Of a stretch of DNA of 63,552 nt, positions 55,387 through 63,552 are shown in pieces. A program made the position numbers and the translations under genes. A model generated the notes under the pieces. That model was not told the origin of the DNA, did no database searches, and saw only the letters and a list, made by a program, of their open reading frames with translations. The stretch covers positions 1 through 63,552 of the IMG/VR virus record IMGVR_UViG_3300037458_000177; one strand, 5' to 3'. The stretch comes from a virus. Its lineage: Duplodnaviria; Caudoviricetes. Position 1 is the stretch's first letter, and each line of letters starts with the position of its first letter.

Positions 55387-56238
55387 TTATTCTCCGCCCA
55401 TTGCAGTTGCAGCCTTCTGCGCAAACATTCCGGCAGTAGCAGCTATTTGATTACCCATTGCAGCTTTGTAATTTGCGTAGTTCTGTGCAGCATTTGTATA
55501 CTGTGCAAGCGCCATAGAGTAGCCACGCGAAGCTACGTTGCTGCCAGTAACGCCGATATTTGCCGCAGCGATCAGACGGTTCCAGCGACGATTATTGAAT
55601 TCATCTTCGCGAACATCTTCGATACGCTCGGCAATAAGTTGGTTATCAACTTGTGCAGCAAGACGTTTAATAGTGATATCGATATCATCCATACGCATAG
55701 CGCCATGCGCGTAGCGATCCGTAATTCGGCGCTTCACATGCCATGCAGTACACAAATCTTTGATCTTTGCCGCTGCCATCTGGCCGCGACGGAATAAATC
55801 TTTGTCGGGATTTTGATCCTGAGTAATTGACCCGCGCCCATCTCCTAAGTACGGAAGCGTACGGAATGCGGTTTCAACTAGTTTCTCAGCAAGAAACGGC
55901 TTATAGTTGTTGATCCAGTTTTCGGCATCTTCGCGGAATTCAGCGTAGTACGCTCTCGACACTACGATAATGCGGTCGTATATATCTTCCAGATCATCGA
56001 TCAGGCCGGTGATCGCACCGTAGCCGCCCGTAAAAATAATAGGCAAACTTTGCTGTAGCGTATTACCTACGGCAGATACGTCAGAATTTGCACCAGGAAT
56101 ACCGTGCTTCACGTTAGCGCCGGTAGCGCTCACGCCAGCAGACGTACTACCAGATAAATTACCGCCGGGAGAAGTAGCATTACCGCCGGGACCAGCACCA
56201 GCTTTCGCTCCACCCGCTACCATTTCTGTGCCTGTCAT
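55387..56238 (-). CDS. Putative internal virion protein
   Basis: Gly-rich N-terminus, helical; resembles 56235..57062. Confidence 0.6.
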   Translation of the reverse strand: MTGTEMVAGGAKAGAGPGGNATSPGGNLSGSTSAGVSATGANVKHGIPGANSDVSAVGNTLQQSLPIIFTGGYGAITGLIDDLEDIYDRIIVVSRAYYAEFREDAENWINNYKPFLAEKLVETAFRTLPYLGDGRGSITQDQNPDKDLFRRGQMAAAKIKDLCTAWHVKRRITDRYAHGAMRMDDIDITIKRLAAQVDNQLIAERIEDVREDEFNNRRWNRLIAAANIGVTGSNVASRGYSMALAQYTNAAQNYANYKAAMGNQIAATAGMFAQKAATAMGGE

Positions 56239-57062
56239 TTGACCATTCTCCCGCCTTTCACCGTATCAACATATGGTCGTTGAACTTGTGTCATCATCCG
56301 CGCAGAATAATCTTCCATAGGAGTACCAATCCGCGCATTGGTAATTACTTCGTTTTTCTTTGGGATTACATTAGGCTGTGGGAAACGCATCATATCAGAA
56401 GGGTTAGGAGTCATAGCTTTTTGAAAGAGAGCACCTGCCGAAGCTGCAAAGTCATTCGCCATAGCGCCGTACAGATTGCCCTTAGCCTCTACAGCATTAG
56501 AGAGCAATCCGAAACTTGCTGCGCCGTCCTGCGCCATAGCCACGGCGCTCTTGTTAGAGTATTCGCCTACAGTAACAAAGCGATCATAGCGACGCTGTCC
56601 CCAGATATTCTCTTTATATTCCTCATACCGGAATAGGTGATTCTGGATGTCCGCATGTATTGCGTAGATAAAAGTATCGCGGTAGTTTTGTAATTCTACA
56701 TAGACGGACTTTGGCAGCGAGTACATTTGCCCGCGTCGATCATAGTATGAATCCGCAGCTAGACCAGATGCCGAATTGAAGTTGATGCGCTCGTATTTTA
56801 CAAAGTTAATGCCGATACCCAGTGTCTGCGCGTAGGCATATCGGGCAAGATAGTTAGGAGTGAATACCGGATCAACAGCAAGTACCCGCAGCACATCCTC
56901 AGTTTTCGGACGAAAAACTGACCGATAGAACTCTCTCTGATTCGCGAAAATCTCAAGATATCCCTCGGCTAGATCCATCTGCTTACGCATAAACCTTAGC
57001 TGCAATCTAGCCATTCGATATGAATTGAATGCTTGGAGTGCCGCAATAGCGGTATCAGCCAT
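56235..57062 (-). CDS. Putative internal virion protein
   Basis: Helical; resembles 55387..56238. Confidence 0.6.
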   Translation of the reverse strand: MADTAIAALQAFNSYRMARLQLRFMRKQMDLAEGYLEIFANQREFYRSVFRPKTEDVLRVLAVDPVFTPNYLARYAYAQTLGIGINFVKYERINFNSASGLAADSYYDRRGQMYSLPKSVYVELQNYRDTFIYAIHADIQNHLFRYEEYKENIWGQRRYDRFVTVGEYSNKSAVAMAQDGAASFGLLSNAVEAKGNLYGAMANDFAASAGALFQKAMTPNPSDMMRFPQPNVIPKKNEVITNARIGTPMEDYSARMMTQVQRPYVDTVKGGRMVK

Positions 57063-57064
57063 GA

Positions 57065-57586
57065 TTACACTACCTTATAGATTTCATCTCGCAGTTGCTT
57101 GCTGTGTTCGCGCGCAAATGCAGCTCCACCAAAACAGAATGCCGCCGCGCTGCAAACTTCAAGCCACGAATTTTGAGTAGCAAACACCATAAAGCGTACT
57201 GTCTGAGAATCTTGCGTCTGTTGCTCTAGCACATACTCTACGCTATCAATCCACGTATTGATCGAATTCATCAAGATAGGATGTAAGTATCCTCGAAACG
57301 TAGCGTAGAATTGATTTGTCTCGAAGCCAAAAGCTAGATCATTTAGTGCACGAAGTAATGCCGCGCTGTTGGGCGCACCTACAACCAGTGATCGATAGGC
57401 TGCGAACAACGATACCACGCTCGCAATGAATTCACAAGCCGAACCATATCGACCCTCAGTTACTTCCCGCTCTTCCTTGCGCTCAATTGGAACCGCATCC
57501 AATACAGGACGCAAAGTTCTAGCTACAATCGCACGTACATTGACGTGCAATTCATTCGCGTATTTTACTTGTTCTCGGTAGTTCAT
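57065..57586 (-). CDS. Hypothetical protein
   Basis: 173 aa, GGAG RBS; follows the nozzle gene. Confidence 0.65.
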   Translation of the reverse strand: MNYREQVKYANELHVNVRAIVARTLRPVLDAVPIERKEEREVTEGRYGSACEFIASVVSLFAAYRSLVVGAPNSAALLRALNDLAFGFETNQFYATFRGYLHPILMNSINTWIDSVEYVLEQQTQDSQTVRFMVFATQNSWLEVCSAAAFCFGGAAFAREHSKQLRDEIYKVV

Positions 57587-59376
57587 CGGGATTCTCCATT
57601 AAGTTCTGTCATAGAAGTAGCGATATGAACTTCATCTATGTATGCTTCGCCTTCAAGCTCAAACACCCAATTAGTCGCTTTATACAGGTGCGGTAGTCGG
57701 AAGGGTTCGTTACCATATACATTTATTTCGCACCTAAGTGCCCCATCACCAAACAGACGAAAAATTACCGAACCCATACCGTCAGGTATCGAAGCGTAGT
57801 TTTTGGTAAAGGTGATCTTTGCCGCAGCAAAAGTAGTAGGCGCTCGGGTCACAAAGGTTTTACTGCGCCATACATATCTTGCAGCTTCTCCTAGTTGTTC
57901 TGGGCGTTCCAGCCCGCTCCACTCATATAAGTTAGTTCCCTCGTACGGAGCATCGAAGATAAACAACCTATCACGCCCGTAGACCATACTATATAGGCCA
58001 GGCACAGGATTAGGACGCGCAGGAATAATCTGACTATCGACGTAGACTAGCTGACCGAATTGCGTCTGCCCCGAAATCTGGTCGGGCACGTCCATAATCC
58101 AGTTTTCGCCGCCCGCTGTTCCTACTCCAATATAATACCCTTCAGCCCAACCAGCGATTGTTGGCGCAAAGATAGTATTCCACTGTTGCGGAAGGATCAT
58201 ATCTTTAGTAACCAGCACTTGCTGATCCCGGCTAAGCGCGACCAGTCCTCGGGGCGAACTATACAGTGCACCAAAGTTTGTACCCACAAGTGCCCGCGCA
58301 GCTTCAGCAGCGTACCTATCTGGATAGCGTTGTACGTCAAAACTAATCCCCGCCGCATCTGGACGTACTGTTACTTTGTAGGCAGAGTTATTCCTACACG
58401 TAACGATAAGCATATCATAGTATGCAACCATACTCGATATGCTTTCGGGGATCGTGATCTGATTCCGCAGTGGAAACGCATGGAACATAAACCGTTCGGA
58501 GATACTGATAGTTCCATCGACGTATGCTATTGCCAGATAGCCAGCATCAAGCTGCACCATAGCAACCGCATCGATCTGCCTTGGATTAAAAAACTCTCTA
58601 CTGAGCAGTAGATCGCCCGGTATGGTATGCGTCGGGATGTCATCGACAAACACAAACGATGATGGAGTGTATGCGAACTCCGTCACCAAAAGAAAATCAG
58701 TATTCAGTTTATTGCCTAGTTCTTCACCAGATTCATACTCACTTGCGGTGCGGTATAGCCGAATTTTTGAGATCGGGTATAGTCCGGTAGGAGGATTAGC
58801 GAAGCTAGGATTGATACTGATCGATATCGAGTCGCCTTCAAAACAGTATATATCTGCGCTAATAGTGCCGGGGGTAGATTCTTCCCCAAACATATTTACG
58901 TATGTAGCGCAGTACCTACGTGCGGTAGGATACTTACTGCGTTGTTGGGGCGAAACGCCTTGGTTAACACAGGCAGGGCCGGGCGGCACTCCAAGAGCGC
59001 GAGCAGTTGTTCCGCTGTAATCCGTACCGCGAATTACTGAAGCAGCAATTGAGAATGTACGAAGGCTAAGTTGATATGGATATCCTGTGTATGCGTAGTT
59101 GTATGCGTTTTGATTTAGCATCCTTGTTAGAATTGGGTACTGCCCTTCAGCGGCAGATGTAAACAACGTATTTTCTACGCTGTCGTATCCAAGCTCACCA
59201 TTAAACTTAATAGCCGGATAGGTAGACTGGTTTATAAAATTAAGCCTCTTAAACGGCTGCAACTTACCATTCAGCAATCTACAGTTCCGCGCGTAGGATG
59301 CATTTCCATTGGGCAATAACTTAACGTCTACTGCTGGAATCATGCCTCCGAAGGATGTCACATGGATAGCGGCCAT
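57583..59376 (-). CDS. Tail nozzle / tail tubular protein B-like (stabilisation protein)
   Basis: FGGMIP...LLP...A..ARNC, Y.ATYVN.FGEES.P, IRLYRT, YSSPRGLV, WRSKTF, FRLP motifs. Confidence 0.75.
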   Translation of the reverse strand: MAAIHVTSFGGMIPAVDVKLLPNGNASYARNCRLLNGKLQPFKRLNFINQSTYPAIKFNGELGYDSVENTLFTSAAEGQYPILTRMLNQNAYNYAYTGYPYQLSLRTFSIAASVIRGTDYSGTTARALGVPPGPACVNQGVSPQQRSKYPTARRYCATYVNMFGEESTPGTISADIYCFEGDSISISINPSFANPPTGLYPISKIRLYRTASEYESGEELGNKLNTDFLLVTEFAYTPSSFVFVDDIPTHTIPGDLLLSREFFNPRQIDAVAMVQLDAGYLAIAYVDGTISISERFMFHAFPLRNQITIPESISSMVAYYDMLIVTCRNNSAYKVTVRPDAAGISFDVQRYPDRYAAEAARALVGTNFGALYSSPRGLVALSRDQQVLVTKDMILPQQWNTIFAPTIAGWAEGYYIGVGTAGGENWIMDVPDQISGQTQFGQLVYVDSQIIPARPNPVPGLYSMVYGRDRLFIFDAPYEGTNLYEWSGLERPEQLGEAARYVWRSKTFVTRAPTTFAAAKITFTKNYASIPDGMGSVIFRLFGDGALRCEINVYGNEPFRLPHLYKATNWVFELEGEAYIDEVHIATSMTELNGESR

Positions 59377-59378
59377 AA

Positions 59379-60872
59379 TTATACAACATCCGAGACTGCC
59401 ACGCAGTTAATAGTTCCAGAAACTACCTGAGAACCAGTAGGAGTAGTGGACCGGATATCGATAACGCCGCCGGGATATGTGGTCACGATTGCGCTGATAT
59501 TCTTCTGTCCGCTCTTGAATGCAGGTAGGACGGTATGCGCAACACCGTTCACATAGATACCAATCGAGAAAGATTGATTGTATTCGTCCGCCCCCGCAGT
59601 CGGGTCACTAAACACTACGGTAGCATTGACGAGCACAAAATCGGCCAGATTTACCAGCGCAGTTTGAACCACATTAGTAAGCGCCGGACCAGTAAGCGAC
59701 CCAGTAGTAACTACATGAGTAACAAAACTACCGAGACTATTCAGCGCGACTTTCAGTTTTGCTGGCGTAAGCACCCTATCGACAGTGCTAAAGTTAGCCG
59801 CTTCAGAGTTATCAGCGATCTCGACTAGACCCTGCACTGCTTCAGAAGCTGCGCCGATAGCAATAGTGCGGATACCAGTACCGCCGCTACTGATCGTAAC
59901 GCCGGGAGTGCTAGTAGTAATTGAACTAATTGGTCCGAACCCGCCCGGCAAGGTAACTATCTGGCCTTGCGCGTTGATCTGTACGCCTTCATAGCTACCA
60001 GCAACTACACCAGTATTTGCAATACCAACGGTGGGCGTACTTGTCGGAACGCCAGAGACTGCGATACCAGTACCGGCATTGACGATGGTAACTGTACCGG
60101 AACTGATAGGTGCATCAGGAATAGCACCAGTAGCCACGGCAGTAATAATGCCGTTAGCAACAGTGATCTGTGGATTAGTAAAGACTCCGTTAGGGAGCGC
60201 AGTCGTAACTACTTCCATTACTCGGCCAGTATTCGACACGCGAATACCGGAGATTACTCCGGTCGCACTAAGTCCCGCACCGAAGGCATTACCGCCGCCT
60301 ACAGTTGGAAAGATATTACTTAGCGAAATCAACGGAGTTGTCGTAGTATTCGTGATACCGAAATCTGCCGTACCTGTAACACTGGTTACAGTGCCGCCAA
60401 CCGGGGGCGAATAGCCGGGATCAAGTCCGATAGTAAAGTTCGGATAGGTGCCTGTAAGCACCAGATTTGCTCCTGCGCTATACATAGGAAAATCTACGTT
60501 GAATACGGCAGGCCCGCCAGTAATAGCGCCTACGATATTCGACGTAAATGTAACGGAGGCACCGATTGCCGCCGCTTCTTCTTGAACGCCATTGGCAGTC
60601 CACACAAAGCGAATCGAAGTTCCGTTAGGAAACGACGCTGCGGTAGTTCCCGCTTGCGCGCGTGTAATGCTTACCGAGCTTCCTACAACTTGGTTAAGTT
60701 GCACAATCTCAAAACTTACGCCGTCGGAAAGCGCTGCTTCGGTATAATTAGTACCGTCGATACCGAGCGTAGTCAAAAAAGATATAGCCCCGGCAGGAAG
60801 CGTTACGCTAGTCGAAGCCGGAGTTATGCCCGCGCTCAGATTGGAAAAGAAAGATTCTGCTGACTTAAACAT
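59379..60872 (-). CDS. Tail fibre protein
   Basis: N-terminal EIV...ITRAQAGTTA.SF..G anchor, GTVTSV repeats, ASEAVQGLVEIA. Confidence 0.75.
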   Translation of the reverse strand: MFKSAESFFSNLSAGITPASTSVTLPAGAISFLTTLGIDGTNYTEAALSDGVSFEIVQLNQVVGSSVSITRAQAGTTAASFPNGTSIRFVWTANGVQEEAAAIGASVTFTSNIVGAITGGPAVFNVDFPMYSAGANLVLTGTYPNFTIGLDPGYSPPVGGTVTSVTGTADFGITNTTTTPLISLSNIFPTVGGGNAFGAGLSATGVISGIRVSNTGRVMEVVTTALPNGVFTNPQITVANGIITAVATGAIPDAPISSGTVTIVNAGTGIAVSGVPTSTPTVGIANTGVVAGSYEGVQINAQGQIVTLPGGFGPISSITTSTPGVTISSGGTGIRTIAIGAASEAVQGLVEIADNSEAANFSTVDRVLTPAKLKVALNSLGSFVTHVVTTGSLTGPALTNVVQTALVNLADFVLVNATVVFSDPTAGADEYNQSFSIGIYVNGVAHTVLPAFKSGQKNISAIVTTYPGGVIDIRSTTPTGSQVVSGTINCVAVSDVV

Positions 60873-60883
60873 TTCTAGCTCCG

Positions 60884-61273
60884 TTAAGATGGATTCTCGT
60901 CCATAGATGGCGCGTTACCAGTAACTGCGTATAGCCCGCTAACGTGGCATGGTCTGCCCAGCCGCAACGTAAAGTACGGTTTACACGCAAGATTGTTGAC
61001 GTACACTGTAGCGGAATACAGTCCGCTAGACAAGGCGTACAAATTACTGTCAACGAAGAATCCGATATTACCTTCGTTATCCCGGTTGAAAGCAGGATAT
61101 TCAATCACTGTTCCGCTATCTTCTCCCTTACGAGTAATGCGGAGTACAACAGCGGTCAGAGGGGTATTTGGATTCACGCATCCGCAATCCGAACCGCCAC
61201 GTACCGCAAAGTACAGAATACGAACGGTAGGGTTGATATCAACGATCTTCGTTTTTACTCTCACGCAACTCAT
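60884..61273 (-). CDS. Hypothetical virion protein
   Basis: 129 aa, ATGA coupling. Confidence 0.55.
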   Translation of the reverse strand: MSCVRVKTKIVDINPTVRILYFAVRGGSDCGCVNPNTPLTAVVLRITRKGEDSGTVIEYPAFNRDNEGNIGFFVDSNLYALSSGLYSATVYVNNLACKPYFTLRLGRPCHVSGLYAVTGNAPSMDENPS

Positions 61274-61905
61274 ACGAATCGCCTCGCAGCAATCTTCATC
61301 GGTCCACGAATGCGGGATCGCTCGACCCGCTGTCTTGCGTTGACTTTACCCTGCTTAAACTTGAACTCAAATAGTCGTGCGCTATTGGCATCGTAAAACG
61401 GTTGCCCTGCAATCATTAGACAGCGAGCAATCGCCCCCATCGCAATTGGCTCTGCCCAATCCTGATATAACTCTTCAGGCATAAAGCAAGAATCTTGCGA
61501 TACCGCAACAACAATCTCTACAGTGAGTGCTTCAGGTTCATCATACGCGGGTGCTTCCCCAATACGAAGCGCGCCATCCTGATACCAGAATGTATTGCCG
61601 CCAATAGAGCAGCATTTAGGTTCGTAGGCAGGGCAGTATCGAGTCTGTTCGCCGTAGCAAACTTTACGCAGCGCGATAAATCGCATGCAGTCGTAGACAT
61701 CAATCGGATATTCCGTAACGTCTTTCTGAAGATCGACAAGATAAGTCTGAGTTAGAATACCCGAATATTCTGTAAATTCAATTGCTGCTAGACGTATGTT
61801 ATGAACCAGTAGTTCAGCAGGAATGCCCATACAGGCAGGCTGCATGAATGGGATGAGGCTATCCCATCCGCGCGAAGTTTGGACGTTAATTAACTCGCAT
61901 GCCAT
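61270..61905 (-). CDS. Head-tail adaptor / tail tubular protein A-like
   Basis: IRLAAIEF, LYQDWAEPIAMGA...PFYD. Confidence 0.7.
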   Translation of the reverse strand: MACELINVQTSRGWDSLIPFMQPACMGIPAELLVHNIRLAAIEFTEYSGILTQTYLVDLQKDVTEYPIDVYDCMRFIALRKVCYGEQTRYCPAYEPKCCSIGGNTFWYQDGALRIGEAPAYDEPEALTVEIVVAVSQDSCFMPEELYQDWAEPIAMGAIARCLMIAGQPFYDANSARLFEFKFKQGKVNARQRVERSRIRGPMKIAARRFV

Positions 61906-62603
61906 TACCTTCTCCTACCGGGGGCAAGCATCGTCCCATTATGCAGCGACTGATCCGCTTTTGCCATTGTATCCATTAGCTTGTAGAAATCGGCGCGATG
62001 CTGCATAGCAAGTTTGAAAGAACTCTCGCTTTCCTGATCGACTTCGTATGCCCGCGCCTGCATCCACGACACAATAGCTTGATGATATTTAGTGCCAAAC
62101 GGAATAGCTGCTATCGATCCCGGCGTAGCGAATTGCGGAGTTTCGCCGCGATAAGTTCCCTGTACCGAAACAGAAACTCCACCGGGAATACTTGGATAGA
62201 TGAACCATTTCGTGGGATTAGCAGCTTCATACGCCCAATTGTACGGACGATAGAATGGTGCCGTAAGACATGATGCCCGATAGAAAGACTTAGCAAACGC
62301 TAGGTCTACTCTAGTGAGCGGTACTTGATCCGGGCATCCGGCTACAGTAGCATAGTCTACCGAAATCAACTCGGTAATTCCCGAGGGTAAACTTTGCAAA
62401 GTACCGAATGCAGTTGGCAAAAGCCCCGACGTGATAAGCACGTCAGGGCGAAGATTAGAAACTTGAATCAGCGCGTCGTTCAGATATTCTAGTAAATCTT
62501 CTCGCGGCCATCTAAAATAAGCTGGCGCTGAACTACCAGAATCATCTTGGTCATTCAGTTGCCTCGAAACTTCCAAGATGATTCCGCTGACTGTATTGTC
62601 CAC
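61905..62603 (-). CDS. Head-tail adaptor-like virion protein
   Basis: QLND...RWPREDLLEYLNDA.....RPD, FIYP, ARAY..D.E. Confidence 0.7.
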   Translation of the reverse strand: MDNTVSGIILEVSRQLNDQDDSGSSAPAYFRWPREDLLEYLNDALIQVSNLRPDVLITSGLLPTAFGTLQSLPSGITELISVDYATVAGCPDQVPLTRVDLAFAKSFYRASCLTAPFYRPYNWAYEAANPTKWFIYPSIPGGVSVSVQGTYRGETPQFATPGSIAAIPFGTKYHQAIVSWMQARAYEVDQESESSFKLAMQHRADFYKLMDTMAKADQSLHNGTMLAPGRRR

Positions 62604-62606
62604 AAG

Positions 62607-62963
62607 TTACTCTCCCACAGCATCAAGCCCCGAAAGAAGCTGCGCCGAAATATCTGCGACTTTAGTGTCGCGATTTGCTGCTGCTTCTGGCAGCGGCGGA
62701 TTCAGAAGAGACTTATCAATCGACCCGGCGAGATCATTAACTTTCTCGACCTGCGGTGCCTTCTCAATCTCTGCTGTAGTATCAGGTGGCGCAGGAATGA
62801 ACCCCAACGGCTTATCCTGAATGTGAACTTCTTTGGAGAATTCGACAACAGTGTAGTTCGGATTGTTTGCCAGTGCCGCCATGTACGGATAGACGATACC
62901 GTTAGTGTGGCGAAGATACTTTACACCGGGCTTAAACTTGGCAGAAAATTGCGGAGTTTTCAT
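62607..62963 (-). CDS. Hypothetical protein
   Basis: GAGGA RBS, 118 aa. Confidence 0.65.
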   Translation of the reverse strand: MKTPQFSAKFKPGVKYLRHTNGIVYPYMAALANNPNYTVVEFSKEVHIQDKPLGFIPAPPDTTAEIEKAPQVEKVNDLAGSIDKSLLNPPLPEAAANRDTKVADISAQLLSGLDAVGE

Positions 62964-62984
62964 TTTCTTTCCTCATAGAGAAAT

Positions 62985-63014
62985 ACATAGGGGGAGTGTA
63001 TACTCCCCCTATGT
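62985..63014 (-). terminator. Hairpin after the capsid/decoration genes (partial terminator or mRNA stabiliser)
   Basis: ACATAGGGGGAGT-loop-ACTCCCCCTATGT with a weak U tail. Confidence 0.65.
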
Positions 63015-63025
63015 GGTTTACTTTC

Positions 63026-63552
63026 TTACCACTGACCGCGGAACGGAGTCACCAGCAACGAACCGACTTCGATTCGCAGATCGGCAATACCGCCCACCGG
63101 GACAGCAACCAGCACCAATTGCAGGTAATGGTTATATGCAAGCTGCCCAACCAATCCTGCGCCGCTATTGACATAAGCAGTACCGAGCGCACCGCCGTCC
63201 ACGCCAGCAGAGATATCGGTAGTCGCACCCGACTGAATATTCTTCAGGCGTGTGGTAAAGGTAACACCAGTAACCGGGTTAACCACTCGATACTGATGGC
63301 CGATCACAACAGAACCCGCCGGGAGCACCGCCAGATTCCACACTTCAGCGGCATCATCCGCCGTAGCATTTGCGCGCAAATATTCCTTGAGCGCAACATC
63401 TTCGGTCGGATCAACGATGCGGTTCAGCCAAGAGAATTGGGCACCCTTATGGGTAGCCATATCCAAGACATCGGACGCACCAACGGCTTTCGCCGGGTAC
63501 ATTGCAAAATCGCCATTACTCGGGCGACCACCACCAAGAAACAGATTATGTT
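63026..63552 (-). CDS. Putative capsid decoration/minor head protein; start codon lies at 447 across the junction
   Basis: Open frame to the window end; same gene as 1..447. Confidence 0.75.
   Translation of the reverse strand, partial: HNLFLGGGRPSNGDFAMYPAKAVGASDVLDMATHKGAQFSWLNRIVDPTEDVALKEYLRANATADDAAEVWNLAVLPAGSVVIGHQYRVVNPVTGVTFTTRLKNIQSGATTDISAGVDGGALGTAYVNSGAGLVGQLAYNHYLQLVLVAVPVGGIADLRIEVGSLLVTPFRGQW
63113..63552. repeat. Terminal overlap copy 2
   Basis: Matches 1-440 with 16 substitutions. Confidence 0.95.

Noticed and set aside
63113-63552. Physical direct terminal repeat of the virion DNA
   Set aside because: The copies are not identical and cut through a structural gene; better explained as an assembly overlap between two alleles.
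1-63552. Stop-codon reassignment
   Set aside because: Standard-code ORFs tile the genome densely, and TAA, TAG and TGA are all used as stops.

Overview
The window is an apparently complete, circularly assembled ~63.1 kb genome of a tailed dsDNA phage, podovirus-like, with a Gram-negative host inferred from a spanin pair. Bases 1-440 recur at 63113-63552 with 16 substitutions. The minus strand carries the morphogenesis/lysis operon. It runs terS (18557) > terL > holin/spanins > portal > ~10 kb fibre cassette > CHAP endolysin > scaffold > major capsid, wraps through the window ends, and continues with adaptors, nozzle, internal virion proteins, an SLT transglycosylase and a large LPD38-type protein. 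The plus strand (20814-45513) carries early/replication genes: an amidoligase-like protein, a MoxR-like AAA+ plus VWA pair, PolA, Cas4-like nuclease, VRR-NUC, SNF2 helicase, a Tad2-like anti-defence protein, a DUF927 primase-helicase, a DUF5664 protein and one tRNA(CAT). The strongest novel signal is a complete three-part -1 ribosomal frameshift cassette at 51328-51387 (minus strand): internal SD GGAGG, slippery C CCA AAA and a 9-bp hairpin. It would fuse an 899-aa putative ejection protein to an 892-codon extension carrying a GHKL ATPase and an HExxH metallopeptidase (~1790 aa), suggesting a recoding-dosed, virion-delivered effector. The 2.2 kb control region (18560-20814) holds tandem palindrome-embedded promoters, an isolated small gene and an origin-like hairpin/iteron block. 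All family calls come from motif recognition by eye; no database searches were run.
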